Assembly: GCF_009914755.1 (NCBI RefSeq) | Contig: NC_060941.1 | Source of the DNA: the human T2T-CHM13v2.0 reference genome, Homo sapiens | Direction: 5' to 3' (one strand) | DNA length: 64,000 nt | Part shown: positions 15,605 through 29,717 of the stretch, in pieces | How positions within the stretch are numbered: position 1 is the stretch's first letter | Layout of the letters: every line of letters starts with the position of its first letter | Position numbers and translations under genes: made by a program | The notes under the pieces: model-generated | Told to the model about the DNA's origin: nothing | Seen by the model: only the letters and a program-made list of their open reading frames with translations | Databases searched by the model: none

Positions 15605-16065
15605 AGTGCTAGGCATATAAAGCCCTTTAATATATACTCTCTCATTTGATCAACACAAAACCTATGAGGCTGGGATTGTCATCCTTATTTTATAGATGGC
15701 AACACTGTCACTTGGTAAGCTGTCCTAGTCACAGAGCTCATAATAGTGGGAGGTAGGATTTGAAGCCAGGTCAGCCAGTCTCACTCTGAAACACCAGCTC
15801 ATGATCACACTACTAACTGTCTAAACCACTGAGATTCTTAAAAATTGGTTATTATGATTAAAGGGGTAGCTACTATTTAATGAATTCTTACTAGGTGCCA
15901 AGGCTTTGCATAATTACTTCACCAATTACAATTCTACAGGAGAGGTATTACCCCATTTTACAATTATGTAACCTGAGGCTCAGTGAGTTTAAGCAACTTG
16001 TCAAAGAACAGTAAGCTATAAAGCAGGAATTCAGACTCCAAAATTCTAGACTACCCCTGGTTTCT
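15605..16065 (-). mobile_element. Two MIR elements
   Basis: MIR core matches ATCCTTATTTTATAGATG..GGATTTGAAGCCAGG and CCCCATTTTACA..CTGAGGCTCAGTGAGTTTAAGCAACTTG. Confidence 0.65.
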
Positions 16066-16109
16066 TACAAGTACTATACTAGAATTATTTCTCTAAAACT
16101 CACCATTTT

Positions 16110-16421
<312 letters not shown>

Positions 16422-17127
16422 TAAAACTTACCATTTTATTCCACTAAAAAATCTTCAATGGTGCCTAATCCACAAAAAATAAGGCCCAACCCCCTGAGTA
16501 AGGCATTTAACACTGTTCACACTTCGGTAATTAGCTCTCATTTACCCATTTCAGGTAGAGTTTGCCCTGGCCACACGGGGTCTGCCCTTTGAATGTTTTC
16601 TGGGCCTCTATATTCTTCCTCGAGTGCTCCCAACAGTTAGAAAGCCTTTGCCACTTGTTCCAGCCCATCCTAGAAGAACCAGTTAAAGTTACATCTCTCC
16701 CAAGCTTTCTCAGATTCCACCACTGAGAATGATGAATTCTGCTTTCCCCTTGATTACATGAGCCCTGTGTACCTCTAATGATGGCTTCTGTAACAGTTTG
16801 TCTGTAGCAGTTATGTAGATATGTTTGTCTTCCTTTATTAGACTACGATTCCTCAGAACACAGGAACCTTCTCTGAAACCCTTATAAGATTAGCACAGTT
16901 CTTTGTGCAAAATCAACCACTGCAGCCTGCCGAATGAACTGAGAGAATGGCCTGGGGCTCATCTGTTGCAGGTAGGATAATACATCAACTCTGTATATGA
17001 GGGTATTTTTCTTTTGTACTCATTGATCATTACTTTAAAAATTAGCAAACAATACTTAAGCAATATAAACATTTAAATTTCTTCTACGTAGAAATCAGAT
17101 ACTAAACTCTATTTTTTAAAAAACCTC

Positions 17128-17218
17128 ACTGAAGCGGGAAGATCCCTTGAGCTGAGGAATTCAAGGCTGCAGTGAGCTCTGATTGACCCTGACTCTAAAA
17201 GCAAAACAAAAACAAAAA
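17128..17218 (+). mobile_element. Alu right-arm fragment
   Basis: GAAGCGGGAAGATCCCTTGAGCTGAGGAATTCAAGGCTGCAGTGAGC plus A-rich tail. Confidence 0.7.
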
Positions 17219-17286
17219 TGCCTCAAACACCTCATACAGTTTGAAAATATCAGTTAAAGTCGAATATTGTAAAAATGTATGTGTCT

Positions 17287-18491
<1,205 letters not shown>

Positions 18492-18591
18492 TGTGGTTCT
18501 AGTAGTGGGGGAGGCTGCACACGCATGCGAGGGTCTCTGATGCTACTGGCTAAAGTGGAAACTGGTGGGAGATGCTGGCATCTTACTTGCA

Positions 18592-18610
18592 TAGCGCCCC
18601 CTGGAGATGA
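18592..18610 (-). promoter_or_regulatory. Candidate CTCF binding motif
   Basis: Minus strand TCATCTCCAGGGGGCGCTA against the canonical TGGCCACCAGGGGGCGCTA; core CCAGGGGGCGCTA is exact with its CpG intact. Confidence 0.6.
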
Positions 18611-20689
18611 CTAGGTGGTATATGAGTGTGGGCCTCAGTCATATGGTCTAGCTGAGTTTGCAGAGCTTCAAGGTCCCTTCTGGAATCCCACTGGTTTTCC
18701 ATCACTATGGTTCTCAAGAAAATGCCCCCAGCCCTCTACACTCCTTAGAGCTTTAGGAATTGTCAGCCTATGACCCTGATCAATGGAGAGTTACCTCCTG
18801 ATCTCCTCTCCAGGTATTTAGTCATAAAAAAAACACATTATATATTTATAACTTCAAAAATTTGAAACCTATTATCTTCTCATATGTATCTGAGTGAAAT
18901 ATTCTTTATCTGAATTAGTGTATACTGGGGAAAGGCTAGCTGGCTGGCTGGCTTCTAAGAATACTCAAGCACCTTTTCTGAAGTCATCAGTAAGATCCAC
19001 CATGCATCATAATCTGGTTCCCCATTTTTGTACAAAAATTCAATGTTGTGAGTACCCCTGTGTGGTTATTTTAAAAGACTGACTCACGGACTAAAGTTAT
19101 AGTAGACCTAGGTTCTAGGGATATCTCCCTACTCTCCTATGTTCTACTCATTATTCAATTTCATTTAGATTTGCACATCACCTTGCTTGCATTCTAAACC
19201 AGCCTGATGACATGCTTAATACCTGTTATTTGTCACAAGCACTGATCTCCAGTACTGTAATCGCAGAACAGAATTTGGAAAAATCCGAGAATTTTTACTG
19301 TCTCTTGTTTAGAAAGGTTATAGTTAATTGCTTTAGAATCCAAAGCTACTGACATCCTTGAAGTGCTTTTCTGATGAACTATGTGACCATGGTTTTCAAT
19401 CCACTAAAAAATTAAGAGCAAATAAAATTCTACATGAAAATGCATTAGGAACCAGAATTTGTTCCGGAGTGCTTTAGTGAATCTTAATTTTTATTAATGA
19501 CCGAAAGCCTTCAGAATATTAAAATACACAAAAAATGAACTAACTCATTTACTAGCCAAAGAGGCAGAAACCAAATGTTTGAATTTCCTTGACTGGTCAA
19601 AGGTATAATACACATATTTTACCCTAAATTAGACTCAAAAGTTGTTCCCTTCCACTTGGTTTAAAAGGTTTAAGTATATGATAATGTAGTATTTAATTCT
19701 CTAGTGTTACTTCCCTTTTATTTTGAGGTGAAATTAAGAGAAAATATTTTCTAGGCAAAAAATTTCCTGAATAAGGTGTATTTTCTTTCCCCTCCAATTC
19801 TGAAACAAATCTGTGGCTAACAAGAATATCTACCAATAGAAACACTTTCCTCTTGACAGCTTAAAGAAGCTTCCAATGCTGGGATACGGAGCTGGGAATG
19901 TAAGCTGGCACCGGATCCTCTACCTTACCCACATACATCTCATTGTTGGTTATATCTCATGTCTGTCTCCCACTCAATTCTGGGGCTTCAGGGTCAACAA
20001 TTCAGGGTTTTAGTCAAATCAAGGGGTCACAGGCCAAGAAACTGGATTTCATTTTGGATGCAGTGGGATGGGGAAGAGGTCTGTGAGCAGGGAATAAAAT
20101 GAATAGAAGTCCAGTTGGGAAGATGAATCCTCTGGCACTGTGGAGAATGATCCAGAAGAGCAGAGGAGACAACTGTGGCAATAGTCAAAGAGCACTGCTG
20201 CCCTTAGGCAAGTCCTAAAGCAACTACAGTTCTGAGGAGGCAAAGGCAGTGAAAAGGGGCTATCTCAGCCTTGTGCCTCTTTCTGAAACAGAAAGCCACA
20301 TTGACGCAAGTCAAACAACTGAACAAAAGGAAATAACTAAACAAAAGGTAATAATCCTTTATGCACCATCTACCTTTCTACCCTTCTACCATTGCTCACA
20401 CACACACTGGCACCCACACACTGTCACATTCACAAATGGATTTTTCTATAGTTGTTTTATGTTTAAAATTTTTTAAGTTTGGGTATATTTCTCAGAGTAC
20501 ATCTAGAAAAAATGCAAGATGATGTATTAAGAGATTTATATAAACTACAGGTGAGTCATACATAATTCCTCGGAAACTAAGAATAAGAAACTTGTCCTCT
20601 GAACATGAAATCAGTTTCTCACATGTTCTTCTGCTTCTTGATAGACTCTTTTTCAATATTACTAACTGCCTTTTCTTCCATAGCCATCT

Positions 20690-22140
20690 CTTTAAAAAAC
20701 TGAGATATAACTCATTTACCACAAAACACACCTTTTAAGAGTATACATTTTAATGGTTTTTACTGTATTCTTAAAGTTGTACAACCATCACCACAATCTG
20801 ATTCTGATTTTTTTTTTCACTACCCAAAAAGGAAATCAATAGCCATCATTCCCCATTTCCCTCGACTGAAACTCTAATCCACATTCTGTTTCTACGGATT
20901 TGTCTATTCTGAACATTTCATATAAATGTAATAATACAATATGTGTGCTTTTGTGTCCAGATTTTTTTTATTTACATAGTATTTTCAAGGTTTATCTGTG
21001 TCATAGTATGTATCAGGAACTCATTACTTTTTACAGCTGAGTAATCTTTCATTTTATGGATATACCACATTTTGTTTACCTATCCATCAGTGACTGGGAA
21101 TTTGGGTTGCTTATACTTTTTGGCTATTTATGAATCATGCTGCTTTGAACATCTGTGCACAAGTTTTAATGCAAACCTACATTTTCAATTATCTTGGTAT
21201 ATCCCCTAGGAGAGGAAATGCTGGATTTTATAATTCTAAGTTTAATTTTTTGAGAAACCATCAAACTGTTTTCTAAAGTGGTTGGGCTGTTTTAAATTCC
21301 CATTGTAAAATACGAAGATTCCAATGTGTATTCATGTCTTTTCCAACACTTCCTATTGTTTGTCTTTTTTAATACAGCCATCCTAGGGGGTGTGAACTAG
21401 TGTTTCACTGTGGTTTTGGTTAGCATTTCCATAATGACTAATGGTGTTGAGCATCAGTGGTGTTGATCTGCTTACTGGTCATTTGTATACATTCTTTGGA
21501 GAAATGTCTATTCAACTCCATTGCCCATTTGTCAGTTGTATTATGTCTTTTTGTTGTTGACTTGCAAAATTCTTTATATAGTCTATTAGGTTTTTATCAG
21601 CTGGATGATTTTCTCCCATTCTGTGGGTTGTCTTCATTTTCTTTCTTTCTGTCTTCTTCGTCTTCTTTTTTTTGTCACTCTGTCACCCAGGCTGTAGTGC
21701 GCTGGTGCACTCACTGCAACCTCTGCCTCCTGGGCTTAAGCTATCCTCCAACTTCAGCTTCCTGAGTGGCTGGGACTACAGGCACATGCCACTACATCTG
21801 GATAATATTTCTAATTTTTGTAGAGACGGGGTTTCACCATGTTTCCTAGGCTGGTCTGAACTCCTGGACTTAAGCAATCCTCCTGCCTTAGCCTCCCAAA
21901 CTGTTGGGATTACAGGCATGAGCCACTGCACCCAGCCATCTTCATTTTCTTGATGTTGCTGTATTCTTTGAAGTACAAAAGTTTTTAATTTTGATGAAGT
22001 CCAATTTACCTCTTTTCTCTTTTATCACTTCTGCTTTTGTTGTGATATTTAAGAAATTATTGTCTTATCCAAGGTCATAAACATTTTCTGGTATGTTTTA
22101 CACTTTTATAAGTTTTATAATTTTAGTTCTTACATTTAGG
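20690..22140 (-). mobile_element. Old L1M (L1MB-like) 3' region, interrupted by an Alu
   Basis: Antisense L1 3'UTR: GTTGTACAACCATCACCACAATC, GGATATACCACATTTTGTTTA, TTCTTTGGAGAAATGTCTATTC. Confidence 0.8.
21646..21937 (-). mobile_element. AluJ-type element with TSD
   Basis: Antisense Alu; flanks share TCTTCATTTTCTT (21631 and 21939). Confidence 0.9.
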
Positions 22141-23377
22141 TCTCACAAGTTGCTATTGACAAATTATCTCGGTTTGTGTTTATCTGAGAATATTCTTCAT
22201 TTTAAAAGGACATTACTGGAAGTAGAATTCTTGGTTAACAGTGTTTTTCTTTAAGGGCTTTTAGTATTTCATTCCACTGCTTTCTGACCTTCATGGTTTC
22301 CAAAGAGAAATTAGCTGTTAATCTTTATTTCTTTAGACATAATATTTTAGTTCTTTGAACATATTTCAAGTAACTTATTTAAAGTCTTTGTCTATTAAAT
22401 CCAACATCTGTGCTTCCTCAGGAACAGTTTCTATTATTTTTCCCCCTGCCCACGGGAAATAAAGTGTGCCCATGCCACACTTTGTTTCTTTGCATGTCTC
22501 ATAATTATTTTGCAGAAAACTGGACATTTTCAATATTTTAGTATGGCAACTCTGGAAATCAGATTCTCTTCCTTCCCCCAGGGTTTGTTGTTGTTGATGG
22601 GGACTTTTGTTGTAATAGTGGTGGTGATACTGTTTATTTAGTGACTTTTCTGAACAAATGCTGTAAAGTCTGTGTTCTTTGTCATGTGTGGCAGCTGAAG
22701 TTTCTGCTTGGCTAGTTAGTGGTCAGCTAATGATTGGGTAGAGGTTTCTTTAAATGCCTGCAAACAATAAGTCTTCCAGTTTTCTCATTGCTTTTATGGA
22801 AAAGAGACTTTGTGGAGGCTTTTACTCTGTCATTTTCCCTGACATCCTCTCAGTACACTTGTTCACTGTTGTTTGCTACAGGGTTACATTCTTTCCCCTT
22901 TTCTCTTATTCCACAAAATTTCTCTGGGCAATATCATACACATCTAGGTCTTAAAATTCTACCCCAAATTTATTGACTTGCAAAACTACATCCTCAGCAT
23001 AAACATTTTCCCTGGAAGATGTATTTGTAAATGATCAATAGTCATTTCTATGTGTATGTTTTACAGATGTCTCTAGCTCAACAGGTCTTAAACCACTCAC
23101 CCACTCAGTCACACAAACTAGAAAACTGGGAGGCACGCTAGACTACTCCTTTATCTTCAATTCTTCACTAAAACACCTCCTATCAAATCTTACAACATTC
23201 CACCAAGCTCATCATTATCTTATCACATTATACATACCCCATGGAAAGCATTTATTTACATGGATGTTCTTACTAGACTATAGGCATCTTGTGAGCAGGA
23301 ATTGTATATATTTATCATCTTATTCTAGGACTCATCGTGATGCCTAACTCATTATACTCAGCCAAATGCTTTATCTG

Positions 23378-23947
23378 TGTAGCAGGATTGTATTTTCCAA
23401 AGATGGCCGCATCAATATATTCCTCTTCCCACACGCTCTTTTCCCTATATAGTGTCGATGCTCCATCAAGGGGTGGAGTCAAGGAGCTCTCATCTCTTGA
23501 ATGTGGGAAGACCTTTACAAGTGCCTTCACCAAATGAATGTGACAGAAATGACACCACTTGAAATCTAAGGCTAAGTCTAAAAGGTGATATGAATTCCAC
23601 CTGGCTTTCTGTCCCAGGACATGAGCCATGGAGTACTGAGCTAACATGTGAGATATCCAGGTACCCTGAAGCTGTCATGTGGACAGACTACATAGAGATA
23701 GAGATGCCAGAGGAGCTCCAGCTATATGTATCTTCTCTCTCCAAGTACCAGGAGCGTAAGTGAAGAAGACTTCAATATGACCTCAGTTCCAGTTACTGTC
23801 TGACTGAAACCACATGAGACACTCAAGGCCAGAACCATTCAGTTAACGAGCCTCCAAATTCCAGAAACAGTAAGAGATAATATTGCTGTTTGAAGCCACT
23901 ACACATTTTGTGGTGATTTTGTTATACAACATTAGATAACTAAAACA
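23378..23947. mobile_element. MLT1-family (MaLR) solo LTR
   Basis: TGTAGCAGGATTGTATTTTCCAAAGATGGCC..CCATCAAGGGGTGGAGTC..TTGCTGTTTGAAGCCACTA..GATAACTAAAACA. Confidence 0.75.
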
Positions 23948-25445
23948 ATAAATGAAGAAATGAAGATTAGAGTGGAGATATATCAATATCCCCTTTCATT
24001 TCTCTACCATGCATCATTTTAAAGTGGAAAATAGTTTTAAATATGTGCTTAAAACAAAAGTATCTCAAATTTATATCAAAAAGTTTCAAGATGTAATTAA
24101 TGTGGATATAAAATGAACATACATCTAGCAAGGAAGTCCTTTCTCCAAATACCTTAGGTGTTACATTATTTTCTCAAAATATAAATGACTGCACTATGTA
24201 ATCAAGTATCACATGCCATCTTAAAAGGTAAAACCCCTGTTCTTTACTCCCTCCCAATAGATAATTTCATGAAGATAATTTCTGGATCATCCACGTTAGA
24301 AGTTTCTAGTACTATAATATCTAAGTGCATCATGTTCATGCATTGACTGCTCTTAGGCAAACTTTTGCTAAATTAAATGTCTTACTGTGTTTTTGTAGTT
24401 TCCTAGTCAAAAGAGCATTTTTATGAATCATGAGCATTTCTGTTGATTCTTATTTTTTACACAGCAAAATTTAATAAACTTAAAAATAGTTTATAATGAT
24501 GGACTATTCAATATATCCTAGATGTAGACAAATCCACTGTGTGTGTGTAGCACAAGTTTAACCTCAAACTAATAGCTGTTAATATCTTAGGATTACATTT
24601 CTTTAGAACAGATCCTTATTTAACATAGATAAAAGAAACAACATTAAATGAAACCTCATCCAGAAGAATTTTCTAACTTTCAATAACCTCTCAGCATGTT
24701 TTAAAAAACGAGTTGGGATTAATTACTTTTAATTTTTAAAAATGTGTTTTGTCTGGTTTCCCTAAGCCAAAAGACATGTTAATTTAAATAAACACAAGAG
24801 AAGCTTTGTATTTTGATTCACAAATATAAAAGAAAATTTTTCTGAATTATTAAAATTAGATGAGCCGCTCATAACACTGTTTTGTATTCTATGTCTATAA
24901 AGCTCTTTTCAAAAGAACAAATTTCAGTCATTTATCCATTTCAAATGTAGATGAATACATCTAATTACTCACTCAACACGTATGTTTGAAGCCCCATATC
25001 GACACAAAATTTCTCCTAGAAGAGATATTAGGAGAAATTTCCTTAATTGACATTTCATTTTGCTTAATACATTAATCATAATTTCCATTAAGTGTGTTTC
25101 TGATGACATCATTTAAAAAGTATCTTCTCTGAGTTTTAATTTCTAATTCCAGTCTGCTGCATTCTGGGCAGAATAAGAAACTGAATGAAAAAATTACTAC
25201 TGCTTTGTGAATTATTTAAAATGCATTATATAGAGGGTAAATATAAAATTTATTTTCAAAACTAGACAAATTTTGAGAATAAAAGTAATGTTAAGAATTA
25301 TACTGAAAAATAAGCATTGAAACTGGAACCTGTGGTCATTCTAAATATGAATCATATCCTCAGTATGATATTAACAATATTAAATATCACCATGTTAGGT
25401 GAGGGCCACAGTCCATCTAGCAAAGGACAAACTCTGTACAATTAA

Positions 25446-25727
25446 TTTTTTTTTTTTTTGAGACGGGGTCTCACTGTGTCACCCAGGCTGGAATGCAGTG
25501 GTGTCTCAACCTCCACCTCCTGGGTTCAAGCAATCCTCCCACCTCAGCCTCCAGAGTAGATTGCAGTACAGGTGCACACTACCACATGTGGCTAATTTTT
25601 GTATTTTTAGTAGAGATGGGATTTTGCCATGTTGACCAGGCTGGTCTCAGACTCCTGAGCTCAAGTGACCTGGCCACTTTGGCTCCCAAAGTGCTGAAAT
25701 TACAGGCAGGAGCCACCATACCTGGCC
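25446..25727 (-). mobile_element. AluJ-type element
   Basis: T-tail, then GAGACGGGGTCTCACTG..CTCCCAAAGTGCTGAAATTACAGG. Confidence 0.92.
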
Positions 25728-26952
25728 TACAAGTAATCTTTATAGTGGCAGGAAGAGTCATAAGTGTCCTCATTAACATCATCATTTTCATGTGTTTTAT
25801 GATATTTTACTATTTCTATGACTACCGTAATACCTCACTTGCCCAGAGATCAGAGTTCCAGTGGCAATGGTGTGTATTATTTAGGAGCTGCCCTTAGTCC
25901 CTTGCTCATGCTACTTGTTGTATAAACTCAGTCAACAAATTAAAAGCAGCTGCCAAAAGCATAAAGTAACAACTGAAAGAAAAGGGAGGAGATGGAAGAA
26001 CTATAAAAAGGAGAGAAAACTGGGATAACAATGTGGGGTAGATTTTATTGTAGGGAATCTTTTATGTGGTATCAAAACATTCTCAATGATGACTCTGAGT
26101 TGATGTCTTTAGCATTTTTCGTTTAAAAGAGTAGAGGAGTAAGTAGAGCGTGCTAGAAAAATATCCTTCAAAATGGTAAGCTTTGGCACATATATTGAGA
26201 TTACATTTTAGTTTTTTGGAAACTGACTTGCGGAACATTTTATTCCTGGACAATATCTGATAAATGAGGTATTCCTGTACTTCCTTTTATTTGGCTTGAA
26301 ACAATCTCTTTAAAACTCTTTTAAGCAGTGCTTTGTTGAAAAAATAATCTGAATTAATCCATCCATGGTTTTAGCAAATTTTGCCATAGAATCTCTCAAT
26401 GTTCTGCCTAAAATCAAAACTTTAAAAAAATCTTCATATGGAAACACCTTCATTCTCTTTATCACTTTAGTTTTCCTGTTTCAAATGTTTACCAGTTCTG
26501 TATTATTTTCAGAATTTTAAGCTGCATTATGGATCCATTCAAATAATATTTGACACAAAAGCAGAAAAAAATATTTTATTATTTTGTCCTATTCTGTTTC
26601 CAGAGGGTTATAAGTATCTGTGTCAATACTACTGTTTGGTGAAATCAAGACCCAAGAATTATTCTTGACAGAATCTTTCCAGTCTCAATTAGGGTGCTAT
26701 AGTTGGAAAACATTAGAGATTCATCCATCTATCTATTCAACACACTTGTACTGGTGCCTAAAACATGCCAGGCATGTGCCCAGGGGAAACAAGCATGCAT
26801 AAACAAGTAAAACAATAACAAAAACAGTAATAATAAATCATAAGGATTGAGAAGTAGTGTAGAGAAAAAAGGTAGTGTACAATAATAGAAAGTGATGGGG
26901 GATATTCTAACATTTGGGTGGAGAGTAGGTAGCCATTGGAAAATACAAGATC

Positions 26953-29717
26953 CACTATGGTTTGAACGTGTCCCACGATATTCATGTGTTGGAAAGTTAA
27001 TCCTCAATGCAACTGTGTTAAGAAGTGGGAACCGTAAGAGGTGATTAGATCATGAGGGCTCTAATATCATTAATATGGTTTGGCTCTGTGTCCCCACCCA
27101 AATCTCATCACAAATTGTAATCCCCACATACTGGGGGAGGGCCCTGGTGGGAGGTGACTGAATCATGGGGGTGGAATTCCCCTTGCTGTTCTTGTGATAG
27201 TGAGTGAGTTTTCATGAGATCTGATGGTTTAAAAATGTGTGGCACTTCCCCCTTCTCTCTCTCCTGTTCCACCATGGATGGGAAGATGTGTCTTGCTTCC
27301 CTTTCACCTTCTGCCATGATTGTAAGTTTCCTGGGGCCTCCCAGTCATGCTTCCTGTTAAGCCTGCAAAACTGTGAGTCAATTAAACCTCTTTTCTTCAT
27401 AAATTACCCAGTCTCAGTTCTTTGTAGCAGTGTGAAAATGGACTAATACAGAAAATTGATACTAGGATTTGGGCACTGCTATAAAGATACCTGAAGATGT
27501 GGAAGTGACTTTGGAACTGGATAACGAACAGAGGTTGGAACAGTTTGGAGGGCTCAAAAGAAGACAGAAAGATGTGGGAACGTTTGGAACCTCATAGAGA
27601 TTTGTTAAATGGTTTGACCAAAATGGTGACAGTGATGTGAACAATGAGGTCCAGGCTGAAGTGGTCTCAGATGGAGATAAAGAACTTATTGGGAAGTGGA
27701 GTAAAAGTCATTCTTGCTATGCTTTAGCAAAGAGACAGGCTGCATTTTGCCCCTGCCCTCGAGATCTCTAAAACTTTAACTCAAGGGAAATGATTTAGGG
27801 TATCAGGTGGAAGAAATTTCTAAGCAGCAAAGCATTCAGGATGTGATTGGCTGCTTCTAAAAGTGTATGCTCATATGCATGAACAAAGAGATGTTCTGAA
27901 ATTGTAACTTATATTTAAATGGGAAGCAAAGCATACAAGTTTGGAAAATTTGCAGCCTGACCATGTGGTAGAAAAGAAAAACCCATTTTTGGGGGAGAGA
28001 TTTAAGTAGGTTATAGAAATTTGCACAGAGGAGCCAAATGTTAATAGCCAAGACAATGGGGAAATGTCTCCAGGGCATGTTAAAGACCTTTGTGGCAGCC
28101 CCTCCCACCATAGGCCTGGAGGACTAGGAGGGAAAAATGGTTTTATGGGCCCCTCTGCTCTGTGCAGCCTGGGGACATGGCACCCTGTATCCCAGCCTCT
28201 CTGGCTCCAGTTGTAGCTAAAAGGGGCCAACATACAGCTCAGGCCATTGCTTCAGAGGGTACAAGTCCCAAGCCTTGGTGGCTTCCACATGGTGTTGGGC
28301 CTGTGTGTGCACAGAAGGCAAAAGTTTGGGAGCCTCCACCTAGATTTCTGAGGATGTATGGAAATGCCTGAATGTCCAGGCAGAAGTCTGTTGCAGGGGC
28401 AAAGCCCTCATGGAGAACCTCTAGTAAAGCAGTGCAGAGGGGAAATGTGGGGTTGGAGCCCCCATACAGAGTCCCCACTGGGGCACTGCCTAGTGGAGCT
28501 GTGAAAAGAGGGCCACCATCCTCCAGACCCCGGAATGCTAGTTCCACTGACAACTTTCACCTTGCATCTGAAAAAGCTGCAGCCACTCAATGCCAGTCCA
28601 TGAAAGCAGCTGCTGAGGCAGTACCCTGCAGAGCCACAGTGGCAGAGCTGCCCAAGGCTGTGAGAGCCCACCCCTTGCATCAGCATGCCATATATATGAG
28701 ACATGGATTCAAAGGAGATTATTTTGGAGCTTTAAGATTTAATGACTGCCCTGTTGGGTTTTGGACTTGCGTGGGTCCTCTAGCCCTTTTCTTTTTGCCA
28801 ATTTCTCCCTTTTGGAACGGCAGCATTTACCCAATGCTTGTACTCCCATTGTATCTTGGAAGTAACTAACTTGTTTCTGATTTTACAGGCTCATAGGTGG
28901 AAGGGACTTGTCTTAGCTCAGATGAGACTTTGGAATTGCACTTTTGAGGTAATGCTGGAATGAGTTAAGACTTTGGGGGACTGTTGGGAGGGCATGATTG
29001 GTTTTGAAATGTGAGAAGGACATGAGATTTGGGAGGGGTCAGGGATAGAATGATATGGTTTGGCTCTGTGTCCCCAACCAAATTTCATCTTGAATTGTAA
29101 TCCTCACGTGTCAGGGGAGGGGCCTGGTAGGAGGTGATTGAATCATGGGGGTGGACTTCCCCCTTGCTGTTCTTGTGATAGTGAGTTCTCATGAGATCTA
29201 ATGGTTTAAAAATGTATAGCACTTCCCCCTTCTCTCTCTCTCTCATGTTCCATCATGGGAAGATGTGCCTTGTTTCTGCTTAGTCTTCCACCATGATTGT
29301 AAGTTTCCTGAGGCCACCCAGTCATGCTTCCTGTTAAGCCTGCAGAACTGTGGCCTCCCAGTCACGCTTCCTGTTAAGCCTGCAGAACTGTGAGTCAATT
29401 AAACTTCTTTTCTTCATAAATTACCCAGTCTCAGGTAGTTCTTTATAGCAGTATAAAAATGAACCAATACAATCATGAATAGATTAATGTCATCATTGCA
29501 GAAGTGGGTGTGATACAAAATTGAGTTTGGCCCTCCTCTTTTTCTCTCTCACCATGTGCCTTCTGCCATGTTATGACACAGCAAGAATGCCCTTACCAGA
29601 TGTAGCACCTTGATCTTGGACTTCCCATCCTCCAGAACCATGAGCCCAAGGAATTTCTATTCTTTATAAATTACTCAGTGGTGTTCTGTTATAGTAGCAC
29701 ATAATGGACTAAGATAA
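26953..29717 (+). mobile_element. Older MST-type (MSTC/MSTD-like) solo LTR, split into 26953-27070 and 29472-29717
   Basis: CTATGGTTTGAACGTGTCCC..TCATGAGGGCTCT resumes as GAATAGATTAATG..GATCTTGGACTTCC..ATGGACTAAGATA. Confidence 0.8.
27071..29471 (+). mobile_element. Full-length MaLR provirus (THE1D/MSTA-like): 5'LTR 27071-27450, internal 27451-29050, 3'LTR 29051-29471
   Basis: Two direct LTRs starting T(G/A)ATATGGTTTGGCTCTGTGTCCCCA and ending AATACA; 5-bp TSD ATCAT (27066-27070, 29472-29476); internal ORF remnant 28372-28869. Confidence 0.93.

Noticed and set aside
28372-28869. 165-aa ORF
   Set aside because: It is a remnant of the MaLR internal ORF; the upstream part is disrupted and nothing suggests domestication.
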